From Escherichia phage vB_EcoM_WFK, in the sequence record MK373775.1: a stretch of 64,000 nucleotides of DNA; one strand, written 5' to 3'. Under the pieces are notes generated by a model that saw nothing but the letters and a program-made list of their open reading frames with translations, was not told the origin of the DNA and did no database searches. The position numbers were made by a program, and so were the translations under genes. Positions 51,533 to 62,242 of this stretch are shown here, in pieces; the stretch's first letter is position 1, and each line of letters starts with the position of its first letter.

Positions 51533-54500
51533 ATGGCTACTTTAAAACAAATACAATTTAAAAGAAGCAAAACTGCAGGAGCACGTCCTGCCGCTTCAGT
51601 ATTAGCCGAAGGTGAATTGGCTATAAACTTAAAAGACCGTGTACTTTTTACTAAAGATGACCAAGGAAATATTATTGATCTGGGTTTTGCTAAAGGTGGT
51701 AGTATTGACGGGAATGTTATTCATACTGGCAATTATAACCAAACTGGCGATTATACTTTAAATGGCACCTTCACTCAGACAGGTAATTTTAATTTAACCG
51801 GTATTGCTCGAGTAACACGTGATATTATTGCCGCTGGGCAGATTACGACTGAAGGCGGAGAACTTATTACAAAAAGTTCAGGTACAGCACATGTTCGTTT
51901 TCATGATTCGGCTGATCGTGAACGTGGCATTATTTATTCACCGGCTAATGATGGATTAACTACGCAAGTAGTTAATATCCGCGTTAAAGACTACGCCGCT
52001 GGTGATGAAAGCACCTATGCATTTTCGGGCAGTGGACTATTTACTTCACCTGAAGTATCAGCATGGAAATCTATGTCAACTCCTCAGATTTTGACAAATA
52101 GAGTTATTACTAATAATAAATCTACGAGCGATTATGACATTTATTCTATGGCAGACAACGTTCCATTGTCTGAAAGCACTACTGCTATTAATCATCTCCG
52201 TGTTATGCGCAATGCTGTAGGCGCTGGTGTATTCCATGAAGTTAAAGATAATGATGGAATAACTTGGTATACTGGAGATGGCTTAGACACTTATCTTTGG
52301 TCGTTTACCTGGTCCGGTGGATTGAAAGCAGGCCATTCTATTTCTGTTGGTACTCCTGGTGGCAATAAAGGATACTCTGAATTAGGGACTGCTTCAATTT
52401 CTCTTGGTGATAATGATACTGGATTTAAATGGCATCAGGATGGATATTTCCATACAGTAAACAACGGAACAAGAACTTTCATTTACGGTCCTGCGGAAAC
52501 ACAAAGCCTTAGAAAAATGGTTATGGGTTATTCTCCGGATGGTGTTCTTATGACAACGCCACCGACAGAAAACTATGCTTTGGCTACTGTTGTTACTTAC
52601 CATGATAATAATGCATACGGCGATGGTCAAACACTTTTAGGATATTATCAAGGTGGTAATTACCACCACTATTTCCGTGGTAAAGGCACTACAAATATTA
52701 ACACTGCAGGCGGATTGTTAGTTACTCCAGGCAATATTGACGTTATTGGTGGTTCTGTTAATATCGATGGTAGAAATAATTCTTCTACGCTGATGTTTAG
52801 AGGTAACACAACAGGATACAGCTCAGTTGATAATATGGATATTAAAGTTTGGGGTAATACGTTTGTTGATCCAAGCGGAGGTATCCGTAAAAACATTATG
52901 GAAATTTCTGATGCAACTAGCTGGATGAGCTATATTCAAAGACTTACTACTGGCGAAGTAGAAATGAACGTTAATGGTTCATTTGAATCATCTGGTGTTA
53001 CTGCTGGAGATAGAGGAGTTCACACAACAGGTGAAATTTCATCTGGAGCAGTGAATGCTCTTCGTATTTGGAACGCAGATTATGGAGCCATTTTTAGACG
53101 TTCAGAAGGAAGTCTTCATATTATTCCAACTGCTTATGGCGAAGGCAAAGATGGCGATATTGGTCCACTTCGCCCGTTTAGTATGGCTTTAGATACCGGT
53201 AAAGTTACTATTCCAGATTTACAATCAAGTTACAATACGTTTGCTGCTAACGGTTATATTAAATTTGTTGGTCATGGAGCGGGTGCCGGCGGTTATGACA
53301 TTCAATATGCTCAAGCGGCTCCTATTTTCCAGGAAATTGATGATGATGCTGTAAGCAAATATTATCCTATTGTTAAACAGAAGTTTTTAAATGGTAAAGC
53401 TGTTTGGTCTTTAGGTACTGAAATTAGTTCAGGTACATTCGTTATTCATCATCTGAAAGAAGATGGTTCACAAGGCCATACGTCTCGTTTTAATCAAGAC
53501 GGTACTGTTAACTTCCCAGATAACGTTTCTGTCGGCGGCGGTGAAGCTACTATTGCTCGCAATGGTAATATCTGGTCTGATATCTGGAAAACGTTTACTT
53601 CAGCAGGCGACGTAACTAATATTCGCGATGCAATAGCTACTCGTGTTGCTAAAGAAGGTGATACGATGACCGGTAGGTTGACTTTATCTGCTGGAAATGA
53701 TGCCCTTGTTTTAACTGCAGGCACGGGCGCTTCATCGCACATCCGTAGTGATGTAGGTGGTACAAATAATTGGTTTATAGGCAAAGGCGGCGGTGACAAT
53801 AGTATAAGTTTTTACAGTTACATTACACAAGGCGGTGTAAACATAACAAATAACGGCGAAATAGCGCTTTCTCCTCAAGGACAAGGAACATTTAATTTTA
53901 ATAGAGACCGCCTTCATATAAACGGTACACAATGGACCGCACACCAGGCTGGCGATTGGGGAAATCAATGGCGCCAGGAAGCTCCTGTATTTGTGGATTT
54001 TGGTAATGTCGGTAATGATAGTTATTATCCTATTATTAAAGGAAAATCTGGTATTACTAATGAAGGGTATATATCTGGTGTAGATTTTGGTATGCGACGC
54101 ATTCCTAATAACTGGGCACAAGGTATTATTCGTGTAGGTAATCAGGAAAACGGTTCCGACCCACAAGCTATCTTCGAATTCCACCATAATGGAAACATGT
54201 ACGTTCCTGACATGGTTAAAGCTGGAGTAAGAATATCAGCTGGTGGAGGTGACCCTGCATGGACAGGCGCATGTGTTGTTATTGGTGATAATGACACCGG
54301 ATTAGTTCATGGTGGTGACGGCCGAATCAATATGGTTGCCAATGGTATACATATTGCAAACTGGGGAGCAGGCTATCAATCTCATCCTGGGCTTTGGGAT
54401 TCAACCGGTGCTTTTTGGACAGAAGTTGGAAGAGCTATCGTTTCTCATGGGCATCTCGTTCAGGCAAATGATAGTTATTCAACGTTTGTCCGTGATGTTT

Positions 54501-54844
54501 ATGTCCGTTCTGATATTCGTGTTAAAAAAGACCTTGTTAAATTTGAAAATGCTTCTGAGAAGCTTTCAAAAATTAATGGTTACACTTATATGCAGAAGCG
54601 AGGCCTAGATGAAGAAGGTAATCAAAAATGGGAACCTAATGCCGGTTTAATTGCCCAAGAAGTTCAAGCTATTTTACCTGAATTAGTTGAAGGCGATCAG
54701 GATAGTGAAGCTTTACTTCGTTTGAACTATAACGGTGTAATTGGTTTAAATACAGCTGCAATCAATGAGCATACTGCAGAAATTGCAGAACTTAAATCAG
54801 AAATTGAAGAACTTAAAGCATTAGTTAAATCATTGTTAAAATAA
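51533..54844 (+). CDS. 37: Long tail fibre distal subunit gp37 with a C-terminal intramolecular chaperone (Peptidase S74-like) domain
   Basis: 1103 aa; the C-terminal ~110 aa (from SDIRVKKD...) carry the endosialidase-chaperone-type motif pattern (S-D-x-R-x-[17 protein letters not shown]) and a terminal coiled coil. Confidence 0.9.
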   Translation: MATLKQIQFKRSKTAGARPAASVLAEGELAINLKDRVLFTKDDQGNIIDLGFAKGGSIDGNVIHTGNYNQTGDYTLNGTFTQTGNFNLTGIARVTRDIIAAGQITTEGGELITKSSGTAHVRFHDSADRERGIIYSPANDGLTTQVVNIRVKDYAAGDESTYAFSGSGLFTSPEVSAWKSMSTPQILTNRVITNNKSTSDYDIYSMADNVPLSESTTAINHLRVMRNAVGAGVFHEVKDNDGITWYTGDGLDTYLWSFTWSGGLKAGHSISVGTPGGNKGYSELGTASISLGDNDTGFKWHQDGYFHTVNNGTRTFIYGPAETQSLRKMVMGYSPDGVLMTTPPTENYALATVVTYHDNNAYGDGQTLLGYYQGGNYHHYFRGKGTTNINTAGGLLVTPGNIDVIGGSVNIDGRNNSSTLMFRGNTTGYSSVDNMDIKVWGNTFVDPSGGIRKNIMEISDATSWMSYIQRLTTGEVEMNVNGSFESSGVTAGDRGVHTTGEISSGAVNALRIWNADYGAIFRRSEGSLHIIPTAYGEGKDGDIGPLRPFSMALDTGKVTIPDLQSSYNTFAANGYIKFVGHGAGAGGYDIQYAQAAPIFQEIDDDAVSKYYPIVKQKFLNGKAVWSLGTEISSGTFVIHHLKEDGSQGHTSRFNQDGTVNFPDNVSVGGGEATIARNGNIWSDIWKTFTSAGDVTNIRDAIATRVAKEGDTMTGRLTLSAGNDALVLTAGTGASSHIRSDVGGTNNWFIGKGGGDNSISFYSYITQGGVNITNNGEIALSPQGQGTFNFNRDRLHINGTQWTAHQAGDWGNQWRQEAPVFVDFGNVGNDSYYPIIKGKSGITNEGYISGVDFGMRRIPNNWAQGIIRVGNQENGSDPQAIFEFHHNGNMYVPDMVKAGVRISAGGGDPAWTGACVVIGDNDTGLVHGGDGRINMVANGIHIANWGAGYQSHPGLWDSTGAFWTEVGRAIVSHGHLVQANDSYSTFVRDVYVRSDIRVKKDLVKFENASEKLSKINGYTYMQKRGLDEEGNQKWEPNAGLIAQEVQAILPELVEGDQDSEALLRLNYNGVIGLNTAAINEHTAEIAELKSEIEELKALVKSLLK

Positions 54845-54848
54845 TAAG

Positions 54849-54864
54849 AGGGGCTTCGGCCCCT
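54849..54864 (+). other. UUCG-tetraloop RNA hairpin between 37 and 38 (no U-run; Shine-Dalgarno sequence immediately downstream)
   Basis: AGGGGC-UUCG-GCCCCU followed by TGGAGG and the gene 38 ATG. Confidence 0.5.
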
Positions 54865-54875
54865 TGGAGGTTTAT

Positions 54876-55670
54876 ATGGCAGTAACAGGACCGTGGGTAG
54901 GATCGTCTGCAGTAGTTAATACAGGACAAAATTGGATGGGCGGCGCGGCCCAACGATTAAGAATGGGTGCTCCATTTTGGATGAGTAATATGATAGGTCG
55001 ATCTGTTGAAGTAATTCACACGCTTGGAGCAGACCATAACTTCAATGGTCAATGGTTCCGAGATAGATGTTTTGAGGCAGGTAGTGCACCTATAGTGTTT
55101 AATATTACTGGAGATTTAGTATCATATTCTAGAGATGTGCCACTTTTCTTTATGTATGGGGATACGCCTAATGAATATGTTGTTCTTAATATTCATGGTG
55201 GTGTTCATATGTGGGGTCGTGGTGGTAATGGTGGATACACTCACTCAGGAGGCGACGGTAACGGTACACAAGGCGGTCATGTTATTCAAAATGATATCGG
55301 TGGACGGCTTCGTATTTGGAACTACGGTGTTATAGCTGCTGGTGGTGGCGGTGGTGGTGGTATTGCATATCGTCCACACTCAGGGGCAAACTGGCAAGAT
55401 ATCGGTGGCGGTGGTGGTCGACCTTTCGGTGGCGCTGGCGGCGGCGGCTATTCTGGCGGTGGAGCTTCTTATGAAGGTCCGGGTGGTGGATATAACTATG
55501 GTAACGCTCACTCTGGGCAGGGTGGCAATGCTGGTGCAGCCGGACAAAACGCGTGGTCTGACGGCGGTAAAGTTCTAAAAGTTGGAGCAGGTGGTGCGTC
55601 TGGTCATGCAGTGTTTGGATCTTCTCCAACTTGGGGTGCTGTTGGAACAATTTACGGACCAAGAGTATAA
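54876..55670 (+). CDS. 38: T2-type receptor-binding adhesin gp38 (glycine-rich motifs with interspersed variable segments)
   Basis: 264 aa from the ATG (the track start is TTG); conserved N-terminal gp37-binding region; C-terminal half has poly-Gly motifs separated by short variable blocks. Confidence 0.85.
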   Translation: MAVTGPWVGSSAVVNTGQNWMGGAAQRLRMGAPFWMSNMIGRSVEVIHTLGADHNFNGQWFRDRCFEAGSAPIVFNITGDLVSYSRDVPLFFMYGDTPNEYVVLNIHGGVHMWGRGGNGGYTHSGGDGNGTQGGHVIQNDIGGRLRIWNYGVIAAGGGGGGGIAYRPHSGANWQDIGGGGGRPFGGAGGGGYSGGGASYEGPGGGYNYGNAHSGQGGNAGAAGQNAWSDGGKVLKVGAGGASGHAVFGSSPTWGAVGTIYGPRV

Positions 55671-55700
55671 TTTGAATAAATATCCTTAAAAGGAGGGTCT

Positions 55701-56357
55701 ATGGCAGCACCTAGAATATCATTTTCGCCCTCTGATATTCTGTTGGGTGTTCTAGATCGCTTGTTCAAAGATAATGCTACCGGGAAAGTTCTTGCTTCCC
55801 GGGTAGCTGTCGTAATTCTTTTGTTTATAATGGCGATTGTTTGGTATAGGGGAGATAGTTTCTTTGAGTACTATAAGCAATCAAAGTATGAAACATACCG
55901 TGAAATTATTGAAAAGGAAAGAAATGCACGCTTTGAATCTGTCGCCCTGGAACAACTCCAGATAGTTCATATATCATCTGAGGCAGACTTTAGTGCGGTG
56001 TATTCTTTCCGCCCTAAAAACTTAAACTATTTTGTTAATATTATAGCATACGAAGGAAAATTACCTTCAACAATAAGTGAAAAATCACTTGGAGGATATC
56101 CTGTTGATAAAACTATGGATGAATATACAGTTCATTTAAATGGACGTCATTATTATTCCAACTCAAAATTTGCTTTTTTACCAACTAAAAAGCCTACTCC
56201 CGAAATAAACTACATGTACAGTTGTCCATATTTTAATTTGGATAATATCTATGCTGGAACAATAACTATGTACTGGTATAGAAATGATCATATAAGTAAT
56301 GACCGCCTTGAATCAATATGTGCTCAGGCGGCCAGAATATTAGGAAGGGCTAAATAA
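55701..56357 (+). CDS. t: Holin T
   Basis: 218 aa, same length as T4 holin; N-terminal transmembrane segment and large periplasmic domain. Confidence 0.93.
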   Translation: MAAPRISFSPSDILLGVLDRLFKDNATGKVLASRVAVVILLFIMAIVWYRGDSFFEYYKQSKYETYREIIEKERNARFESVALEQLQIVHISSEADFSAVYSFRPKNLNYFVNIIAYEGKLPSTISEKSLGGYPVDKTMDEYTVHLNGRHYYSNSKFAFLPTKKPTPEINYMYSCPYFNLDNIYAGTITMYWYRNDHISNDRLESICAQAARILGRAK

Positions 56358-56630
56358 TTATTTGTTCGTATACATCTCTAGATATCGATATACACTCTCA
56401 AACCCCTCGTTGAATTCGTCGATGAGGGTTTTCTTATCTTCTTGAGTTAATTCAGAAACAATTTTACGGAATGAATTCTGATTTAATTTTCTACCTTCAT
56501 GCGTTACTCCAATCTCATTCAGAAATGCAATAAAATTAGCACGATTTTCAACAATATCTTCTCTGGAAAATTTAATCAAAATAGATGCAACAGTAATAAT
56601 TTCACGAACTGTATCAATGTTTTTATTCAT
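56358..56630 (-). CDS. asiA: Anti-sigma70 factor AsiA
   Basis: 90 aa, near-identical to T4 AsiA. Confidence 0.92.
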   Translation of the reverse strand: MNKNIDTVREIITVASILIKFSREDIVENRANFIAFLNEIGVTHEGRKLNQNSFRKIVSELTQEDKKTLIDEFNEGFESVYRYLEMYTNK

Positions 56631-56791
56631 TAACTATACCACTCAATTAGTTGACTTTGTTATAATATCATCAGACACTTGATTTGTAAACTGGTCTGTG
56701 TTATTTTCTTCAAAAATTTTTTCTACGAATTCCTTGAACGACTCACGTTCCTGAGCTGCATTATGCTCGATTACCATTTCAAGATTATGAC

Positions 56792-57070
56792 TCATTCGAA
56801 ATAATCTTCAATTTCGTAATCATGGACATAAATCATTATAGTTTTTAATACATCATCAATACTTTTTCCTGGAGCTGGAATTACGTAAAAATATCCTGCT
56901 TTTGAGAGGTCTTTATAAGTTCCAACCAAGAAATCATTATTCTCGAGATGTAGTTCTTCAACTAATTCATTAACAATTGAGTGGTATAAATTTGGTAGAA
57001 ACTTATATAGCTTTTCTAGAATATCAATTTTGATTGTGTATTGAACCACAGACTGAGAATCAATAATCAT
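56792..57070 (-). CDS. arn: Arn anti-restriction protein (McrBC inhibitor)
   Basis: 92 aa, near-identical to T4 Arn; acidic DNA-mimic-like composition. Confidence 0.85.
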   Translation of the reverse strand: MIIDSQSVVQYTIKIDILEKLYKFLPNLYHSIVNELVEELHLENNDFLVGTYKDLSKAGYFYVIPAPGKSIDDVLKTIMIYVHDYEIEDYFE

Positions 57071-57153
57071 AGACCTTCCCCTTATGTTTCTGTTTGCGAT
57101 TAGATTCTTTAAACGCTTTCTTCTTATCTTTATGAACAGAAGCTTTATTAAAA

Positions 57154-57372
57154 TTATGTTTTGCGACTAAATTGTTCATAGTGCTGAATTACCTCTCTCA
57201 AACATTTGCATGTGAATGAAAACTTTTTAGCTACACCACATTCAAATATATGTTCTCTTAAATCACATGTATCGGTATATCCCATCTCAACAATAAAATG
57301 CCGTATTAGATTTTTATCTTTATCATTGAGAGAATTAAAATAATCAGATTTTGAATTAATTTCCCTGGCCAA
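57154..57372 (-). CDS. Hypothetical protein (arn.x/motA.x region)
   Basis: 72-aa ORF. Confidence 0.35.
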   Translation of the reverse strand: MAREINSKSDYFNSLNDKDKNLIRHFIVEMGYTDTCDLREHIFECGVAKKFSFTCKCLREVIQHYEQFSRKT

Positions 57373-57652
57373 ATTGAATCACCTTCAGTTGACGTTTTAG
57401 TTCTTTTATCATTTCTTCGTTCATCGCAATATAAAGATCGCGTAAAGCAGGTTTTAGCATTCCATTTACCGGAGAACTAAATGGGCATACATAATCTTTT
57501 CCTACGAGCTTTTTAGTGAATTCCATATCACAGAACTGAAATGCCGGTTCATTGGCATAAATTCCCCAATTAGTTGACATCATTTTATTGGCATATTCCA
57601 ACGCCTGGATTTGATTCATAATTCCATCAATTTGAAACTTTTTAATATTCAT
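57356..57652 (-). CDS. Hypothetical protein
   Basis: 98-aa ORF, translationally coupled. Confidence 0.4.
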   Translation of the reverse strand: MNIKKFQIDGIMNQIQALEYANKMMSTNWGIYANEPAFQFCDMEFTKKLVGKDYVCPFSSPVNGMLKPALRDLYIAMNEEMIKELKRQLKVIQFGQGN

Positions 57653-58113
57653 TAATAAAGGTCCTCTGAATAAAGTTCTTTCTCACTTCCACCACGTTCA
57701 ATACGTACCTGTCCAGCATATGTTGCAATAATCATTGCTTCTTCACGCGTCCAGTAATTAGAGTATTGGTCAATAAAACCTTGGTCGTCACCACAAACTT
57801 GTTGCGAGACTAATTGAGGACCAACTATATCAAGTACTTCAGCCATATCTTTAGAGTAATGACGAACTCCAGGAATAATCAGAGTTCCGCCGCTCTTCAA
57901 TTTAAACCTATTAGCTGCACATACTATAACACGTTGAACTTTTTGGTCATTGTTCCAATAGCACGTTTGCCAACAGATTTCAGGAACTTCATTCATTATA
58001 TCATCAGCAGAATAATTATAACCGTAGGACTGGAATTTTTCTGCTAGACTTTCAGGAGTCTCACGAGACAAGGCCAAATCTAATAGCTCTAAACGTTCTT
58101 TAAATGATTTCAT
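57652..58113 (-). CDS. Hypothetical protein
   Basis: 153-aa ORF with a 1-nt overlap on each side. Confidence 0.45.
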   Translation of the reverse strand: MKSFKERLELLDLALSRETPESLAEKFQSYGYNYSADDIMNEVPEICWQTCYWNNDQKVQRVIVCAANRFKLKSGGTLIIPGVRHYSKDMAEVLDIVGPQLVSQQVCGDDQGFIDQYSNYWTREEAMIIATYAGQVRIERGGSEKELYSEDLY

Positions 58114-58439
58114 TTAAACCATTCCTTAATACGTTGCCAAATAGATTTTTGTGCTTGTTTATTTACACCAATCGAACGAATAACCGGTTGTGATTGCTGA
58201 TATTCTTTATAATCTTCTTTATAGATTTCGTAAGCCGCATCAACAAATGAACTGATCGCTGCCATGTAGTTTTTACGAAGGCCAAATGGCGCATCATTAT
58301 TTTCACGAATAACCATATATTGGCCTGCTTTAATCTTTACAATTGTCCCTAAATAAGCCCCGTGGTACCAAATATCCCATCCTTCCTGAGTAGGTTCTGC
58401 ACATTTACGAAGTTCGTTAATAATATTCAGCTTATTCAT
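58110..58439 (-). CDS. Hypothetical protein (motA.1 position)
   Basis: 109-aa ORF. Confidence 0.45.
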   Translation of the reverse strand: MNKLNIINELRKCAEPTQEGWDIWYHGAYLGTIVKIKAGQYMVIRENNDAPFGLRKNYMAAISSFVDAAYEIYKEDYKEYQQSQPVIRSIGVNKQAQKSIWQRIKEWFK

Positions 58440-58449
58440 TATGTATTCC

Positions 58450-59082
58450 TCACAGTACGTTAGTTACAAGGGTAATGATTTCTTTGGACACATTAGGGAA
58501 GTCAATGTAAGTATATTTACCACCGATCTTAATCTTAACATCATTTTCAAGAGAAGTAAACAGCTTTGATTCAGTTTCTGACATGTTGTATGCAAAGATT
58601 CTAAGAGCGCCATCTCGACGAATTTCGATCTGACGAATACCTAGAACTCGTTTTGCAAATCGAACTTCCAAGTTACTACGGTTTTCACCAATTTCCTTAA
58701 CTTCAACTTTATCTTTAATATTTTCAAAAACAAAGTTTGCTAGTTCATGCATTTCAGGAGTAACTCCACGTGCTTTTCTAGTGTTACGTTTCTGAAGAAG
58801 TTCTGGAGCATTTTCTTGAGCAAATAGGTCTGCAGCTTTTTGGATAATATCCATTGCTTCGCCTGTTGCTACAAGTCCATCACCAGATTTTTCGACTAAA
58901 CCTTTCTTAATCAATACACCAATGTTAGAGTTAACAACCGATGCATTGTATTCTGCTTCCAGAGCTTCACGGACATTGGCAGCAGTGGTGAAGTTGTTCT
59001 TAATGATATAAACCATTATTGCAGCAGTTTTTTCATTCAGAACGTTTTCAGAAGCTTTGATGATGTAAGTAACTTTAGACAT
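58450..59082 (-). CDS. motA: MotA activator of middle-mode transcription
   Basis: 210 aa; N-terminus as T4 MotA; early promoter and leader upstream. Confidence 0.9.
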   Translation of the reverse strand: MSKVTYIIKASENVLNEKTAAIMVYIIKNNFTTAANVREALEAEYNASVVNSNIGVLIKKGLVEKSGDGLVATGEAMDIIQKAADLFAQENAPELLQKRNTRKARGVTPEMHELANFVFENIKDKVEVKEIGENRSNLEVRFAKRVLGIRQIEIRRDGALRIFAYNMSETESKLFTSLENDVKIKIGGKYTYIDFPNVSKEIITLVTNVL

Positions 59083-59159
59083 TTTATTTCTCCAATTTGG
59101 TTGTTTTGTTTTGATAGGTCTATAATATCATGTTTTAAGCACATGTAAACTGTTTTGTG

Positions 59160-59186
59160 AGAAAAATGCACAAAAGGGAGCCGAAG
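59160..59186 (-). terminator. Hairpin terminator after gene 52 (GGGAGC-UUCG-GCUCCC plus T-run)
   Basis: Minus-strand hairpin followed by TTTTGTGCATTTTT. Confidence 0.55.
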
Positions 59187-59267
59187 CTCCCTAATCATGC
59201 TTGTCCAACCAATACAGCCAAATCACTAGTGCAGCTATTGCACCGAGAAATCCTAAGGCTAGGGCAC

Positions 59268-60593
59268 TCAAAGTGCCTCCAAGTCTTTAGTGTACTCTGT
59301 CACAACATCAGTAGACTTCCAATACTCATTTTCTTCTTTCTTAGCTTTAGCTTCTTCTGCTAGTTTACGTGCTTCATCGGAAGTGATATGGAAGATGTTA
59401 AGTCCTACCAGTTTATCGACATGTTCTTTATACATTTCGATTTGTGCTAGCTCTTCAGTCAAAGCTTTACGGGTCTTGCCCTGAATCACAATTTCGCCAC
59501 TGATAACTTTTTTGATGAAGTGTGCCTTAGCAAAAGCAAGTTTAAATGCTTTTTCAGATTCAAGGATTTTGTTATCAATACGTTTCTGAACGTAAGTCTT
59601 ACGGACTTCAACAAAATCTTTGATTAAGTCCACTACGTTATCGTAGACCGCTAATTTACCCTTTTCATTAATCACTGTGATGTTTTGTGAACGACGTTCG
59701 ATGAGACTAAAATCTTTCATGATTTTTTCATGACGTAGCTCTTCATCGTCAGGAAGCGAGTACTCTTTACGGAACTTCACCTTAAATCCAAAGCCGTGTT
59801 CACCACAATCATCTTCCCATGAGATTAGACCTTTGTCTTCCAACGGGTCAAGAACCTTACTCACATACGTTTCACGGTCGAATTTATATGGGATTTCAGT
59901 TATCTGCATTTGAGTGCGAGATGTGAACTTATATGTTCCGTGAATCTCATAACGCCCATCAACTTCATGCACTTCACCACGGAATTCCGGGAATTCAACT
60001 TTTGGTTTAGTGACATTTTTACCTTGAAGAGCTTGTAATACAGCCTTTTTGACTGATTTAAAACTATGAGGCAGAATATTTGTTGCGTAACCGGTTGCAA
60101 TACCAGAGACGCCATTCAAAAGAACTGTCGGAATAATAGGAAGATAGAATTTTGGTGGAATGTGTTCTTTATCTTCATGAGCTGGAGCATATTCAGTATC
60201 TTTATATACGTTATAGAAATTTTTACTTACACGAGCAAAAATATAACGAGATGCTGCAGCTTTTTGGACTGTTCGAGAACCAAAGTTGCCTTGGCCATCT
60301 AACAGTGGATAGTTGTTGTTCCATGTGTTAGCCATCAATGCACCTGCATCTTGTGCAGAAGATTCACCATGGTGATAACCTAAATCTGCAACACCGCCTG
60401 CAATTGACGCAAGTTTATGAAATTTTTCTTTATTACCACGAGCCAAATCTAACGCACGATGAACAACAAAACGTTGAACCGGCTTAAATCCATCAATCAT
60501 GTTTGGGATTGCACGGTTTTCAACGGTGTACATCGCATATGCTAAGGCTTCGTTATCAATAATACTTTTTAGATTACGAGAATTCAATTGCAT
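59268..60593 (-). CDS. 52: DNA topoisomerase II medium subunit gp52 (GyrA-like breakage-reunion domain)
   Basis: 441 aa, collinear with T4 gp52. Confidence 0.93.
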   Translation of the reverse strand: MQLNSRNLKSIIDNEALAYAMYTVENRAIPNMIDGFKPVQRFVVHRALDLARGNKEKFHKLASIAGGVADLGYHHGESSAQDAGALMANTWNNNYPLLDGQGNFGSRTVQKAAASRYIFARVSKNFYNVYKDTEYAPAHEDKEHIPPKFYLPIIPTVLLNGVSGIATGYATNILPHSFKSVKKAVLQALQGKNVTKPKVEFPEFRGEVHEVDGRYEIHGTYKFTSRTQMQITEIPYKFDRETYVSKVLDPLEDKGLISWEDDCGEHGFGFKVKFRKEYSLPDDEELRHEKIMKDFSLIERRSQNITVINEKGKLAVYDNVVDLIKDFVEVRKTYVQKRIDNKILESEKAFKLAFAKAHFIKKVISGEIVIQGKTRKALTEELAQIEMYKEHVDKLVGLNIFHITSDEARKLAEEAKAKKEENEYWKSTDVVTEYTKDLEAL

Positions 60594-60597
60594 ATTT

Positions 60598-60738
60598 TCA
60601 CCATATTAATGAACGAATAACCATTATAACATCTGAAATGAAAAGCACTACTTGGATTAGCCCAAACATCACACCGTAGTACAGAACCGTAAGCAACAAC
60701 AAGAGCCCGAAGGCTCCTGCTAAGATTTTCTTAATCAT
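60598..60738 (-). CDS. Small hydrophobic 46-aa protein, below the track cutoff (region where T4 has 52.1/ac/stp)
   Basis: ATG ORF MIKKILAGAFGLLLLLTVLYYGVMFGLIQVVLF..., one or two predicted transmembrane helices; hand-translated. Confidence 0.3.
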   Translation of the reverse strand: MIKKILAGAFGLLLLLTVLYYGVMFGLIQVVLFISDVIMVIRSLIW

Positions 60739-60884
60739 TACTCGCCTTTTAACACGTTAAGAAGAGCTAAGACCGCTAAGGTACCTTGTGATACGGCCTG
60801 TTGAAATACTGTTGTTTCGCCTGTAACTAAAGTGCTAACGAATAAAAACGACCAACACAGCAATGCAATAATCCATGCTACCAT
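60738..60884 (-). CDS. Small hydrophobic 48-aa protein, below the track cutoff
   Basis: ATG ORF MVAWIIALLCWSFLFVSTLV...; stop overlaps the next ATG (TAATG); hand-translated. Confidence 0.3.
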   Translation of the reverse strand: MVAWIIALLCWSFLFVSTLVTGETTVFQQAVSQGTLAVLALLNVLKGE

Positions 60885-60936
60885 TTTAATTACCTCAAAA
60901 ATAAATTAAAGGCCCAACTTAATAGGCCCGTATAAA

Positions 60937-61383
60937 TTAGTAACTCTGCAGAATGAATTTGAAATTATCAGCCAGAAGACGGTTCATTTCAGTGAGTGTT
61001 TGATATTCTGATGTATGGTTGCGAGTGAATGCCAGAGCCAATTGACCTTTACCATAACCAGTGGTCAGTGGTTTCATGTTCTTAGCTGCAACAAAGATTA
61101 CATCATATTCAATATTGTTAGTGCCCATGGTACGGGCTAGTTGCGAACGGCCTTGACGAATGTGAGAAAGAATTGCATCCAACCCTTGTTTAGAACGTTG
61201 ACGTCCTACAAAGAACCGTGCTGCTACTTGTCGCCAATCAGATGAACCTTTAACAAAGAAGTAAAAACCTTCACGAGAACGAAACTCTTTAGAAACTTCG
61301 GAACCGTATTCGCCATTACGAACTACTGCAACAACTTCACCACCAACTGCCAGAAGGTCTTTACGAGTTAAATATTTGGACAT
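60937..61383 (-). CDS. ndd: Ndd nucleoid disruption protein
   Basis: 148 aa; strong similarity to T4 Ndd as recalled (…GFYFxVK…RFxVGxQRSKQG…LSHIRQxRSQLART…). Confidence 0.8.
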   Translation of the reverse strand: MSKYLTRKDLLAVGGEVVAVVRNGEYGSEVSKEFRSREGFYFFVKGSSDWRQVAARFFVGRQRSKQGLDAILSHIRQGRSQLARTMGTNNIEYDVIFVAAKNMKPLTTGYGKGQLALAFTRNHTSEYQTLTEMNRLLADNFKFILQSY

Positions 61384-61459
61384 GCTAATTTCCTCAATTG
61401 ATTAATGTTTTTGTAATCCATGAGAGCATTATACTCTGCTCTCAAGAGTTTGTACAATT

Positions 61460-61660
61460 TTATTCGGCCATATCAGAACGTTCAAAAAGCTCTTCAACAG
61501 TTAAACATTCAGTGTCATCTTCAATAAAGAATCGAGTCCAACACGTTGGGGCGATGCAGTTATGAGTTTGTCCGGCGATAGAAGCTACACGAATAAGCTG
61601 CTGGCCATTATTCAGGACAAATTTTTCACCAATTTCAACATCTTTAAAAAGCTTAGCCAT
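61460..61660 (-). CDS. Hypothetical protein (ndd.x region)
   Basis: 66-aa ORF with an early promoter upstream. Confidence 0.4.
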   Translation of the reverse strand: MAKLFKDVEIGEKFVLNNGQQLIRVASIAGQTHNCIAPTCWTRFFIEDDTECLTVEELFERSDMAE

Positions 61661-61910
61661 TTTGTGTTCCTCGTGTTTTGATAGGACTACTATACCATAA
61701 TCCTACTGTGTTGTAAACAATTAAATTACATTAAAATATGTTAAAGCCAACCATGTTCCAGTGAACGAACATGCGATGTAAAAACCCGTATCACAAATTG
61801 TTCTTAGTACAATAAGAAGTGCATTTTTCATAAGTACCTCAATGCAATTGAAAATATTATACAAATCATAGGGATACTAAGCAACCATATTCCGATCCAC
61901 ATTTTAGAGC

Positions 61911-62174
61911 TCATATCTCAACTTCCACGAGTTCCATATATCCTTTGTTGATAACCTCTTTAAGGTCTTTAGAAAGAATGACATTAAAATGGTCATTCAT
62001 ATGTCCATTAACCAGACGAGTTATTTCGGCTTCAGATGACATATAAGGCACGTCTGAGTCCCAATGAGATAGTCCCAAATGGGTATAAATCATCCCTTCG
62101 TCGTCTGCAGTGTTGTACATTGAAACAAATTCGCCTGTTACTTTATGTTTTGCGTAGAAAAATTTAAATTTCAT
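61911..62174 (-). CDS. Hypothetical protein (ndd.x region)
   Basis: 87-aa ORF with an early promoter upstream. Confidence 0.4.
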   Translation of the reverse strand: MKFKFFYAKHKVTGEFVSMYNTADDEGMIYTHLGLSHWDSDVPYMSSEAEITRLVNGHMNDHFNVILSKDLKEVINKGYMELVEVEI

Positions 62175-62242
62175 AATGTTATCCTCTTTTAGATAGGACT
62201 ACTATATCATAGTCCTACTTAGTTGTAAACACTTTTATGAAA

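Noticed and set aside
55342-55560. GGT/GGC-rich low-complexity stretch that could be mistaken for a tandem or CRISPR-like repeat
   Set aside because: It encodes the poly-glycine motifs of the gp38 adhesin; the unit lengths are irregular and there are no spacer-like unique segments.
55330-55662. 110-aa His/Arg/Gln-rich ORF on the minus strand opposite gene 38
   Set aside because: It is the reverse-complement reading of the GGN-rich glycine codon runs of gp38 and has no independent support.
60695-60718. GAGCCCGAAGGCTC hairpin resembling the terminator family
   Set aside because: It lies inside the coding sequence of the small hydrophobic ORF (encodes ...AGAFGLLLL...) and has no adjacent U-run; probably a coincidental match.
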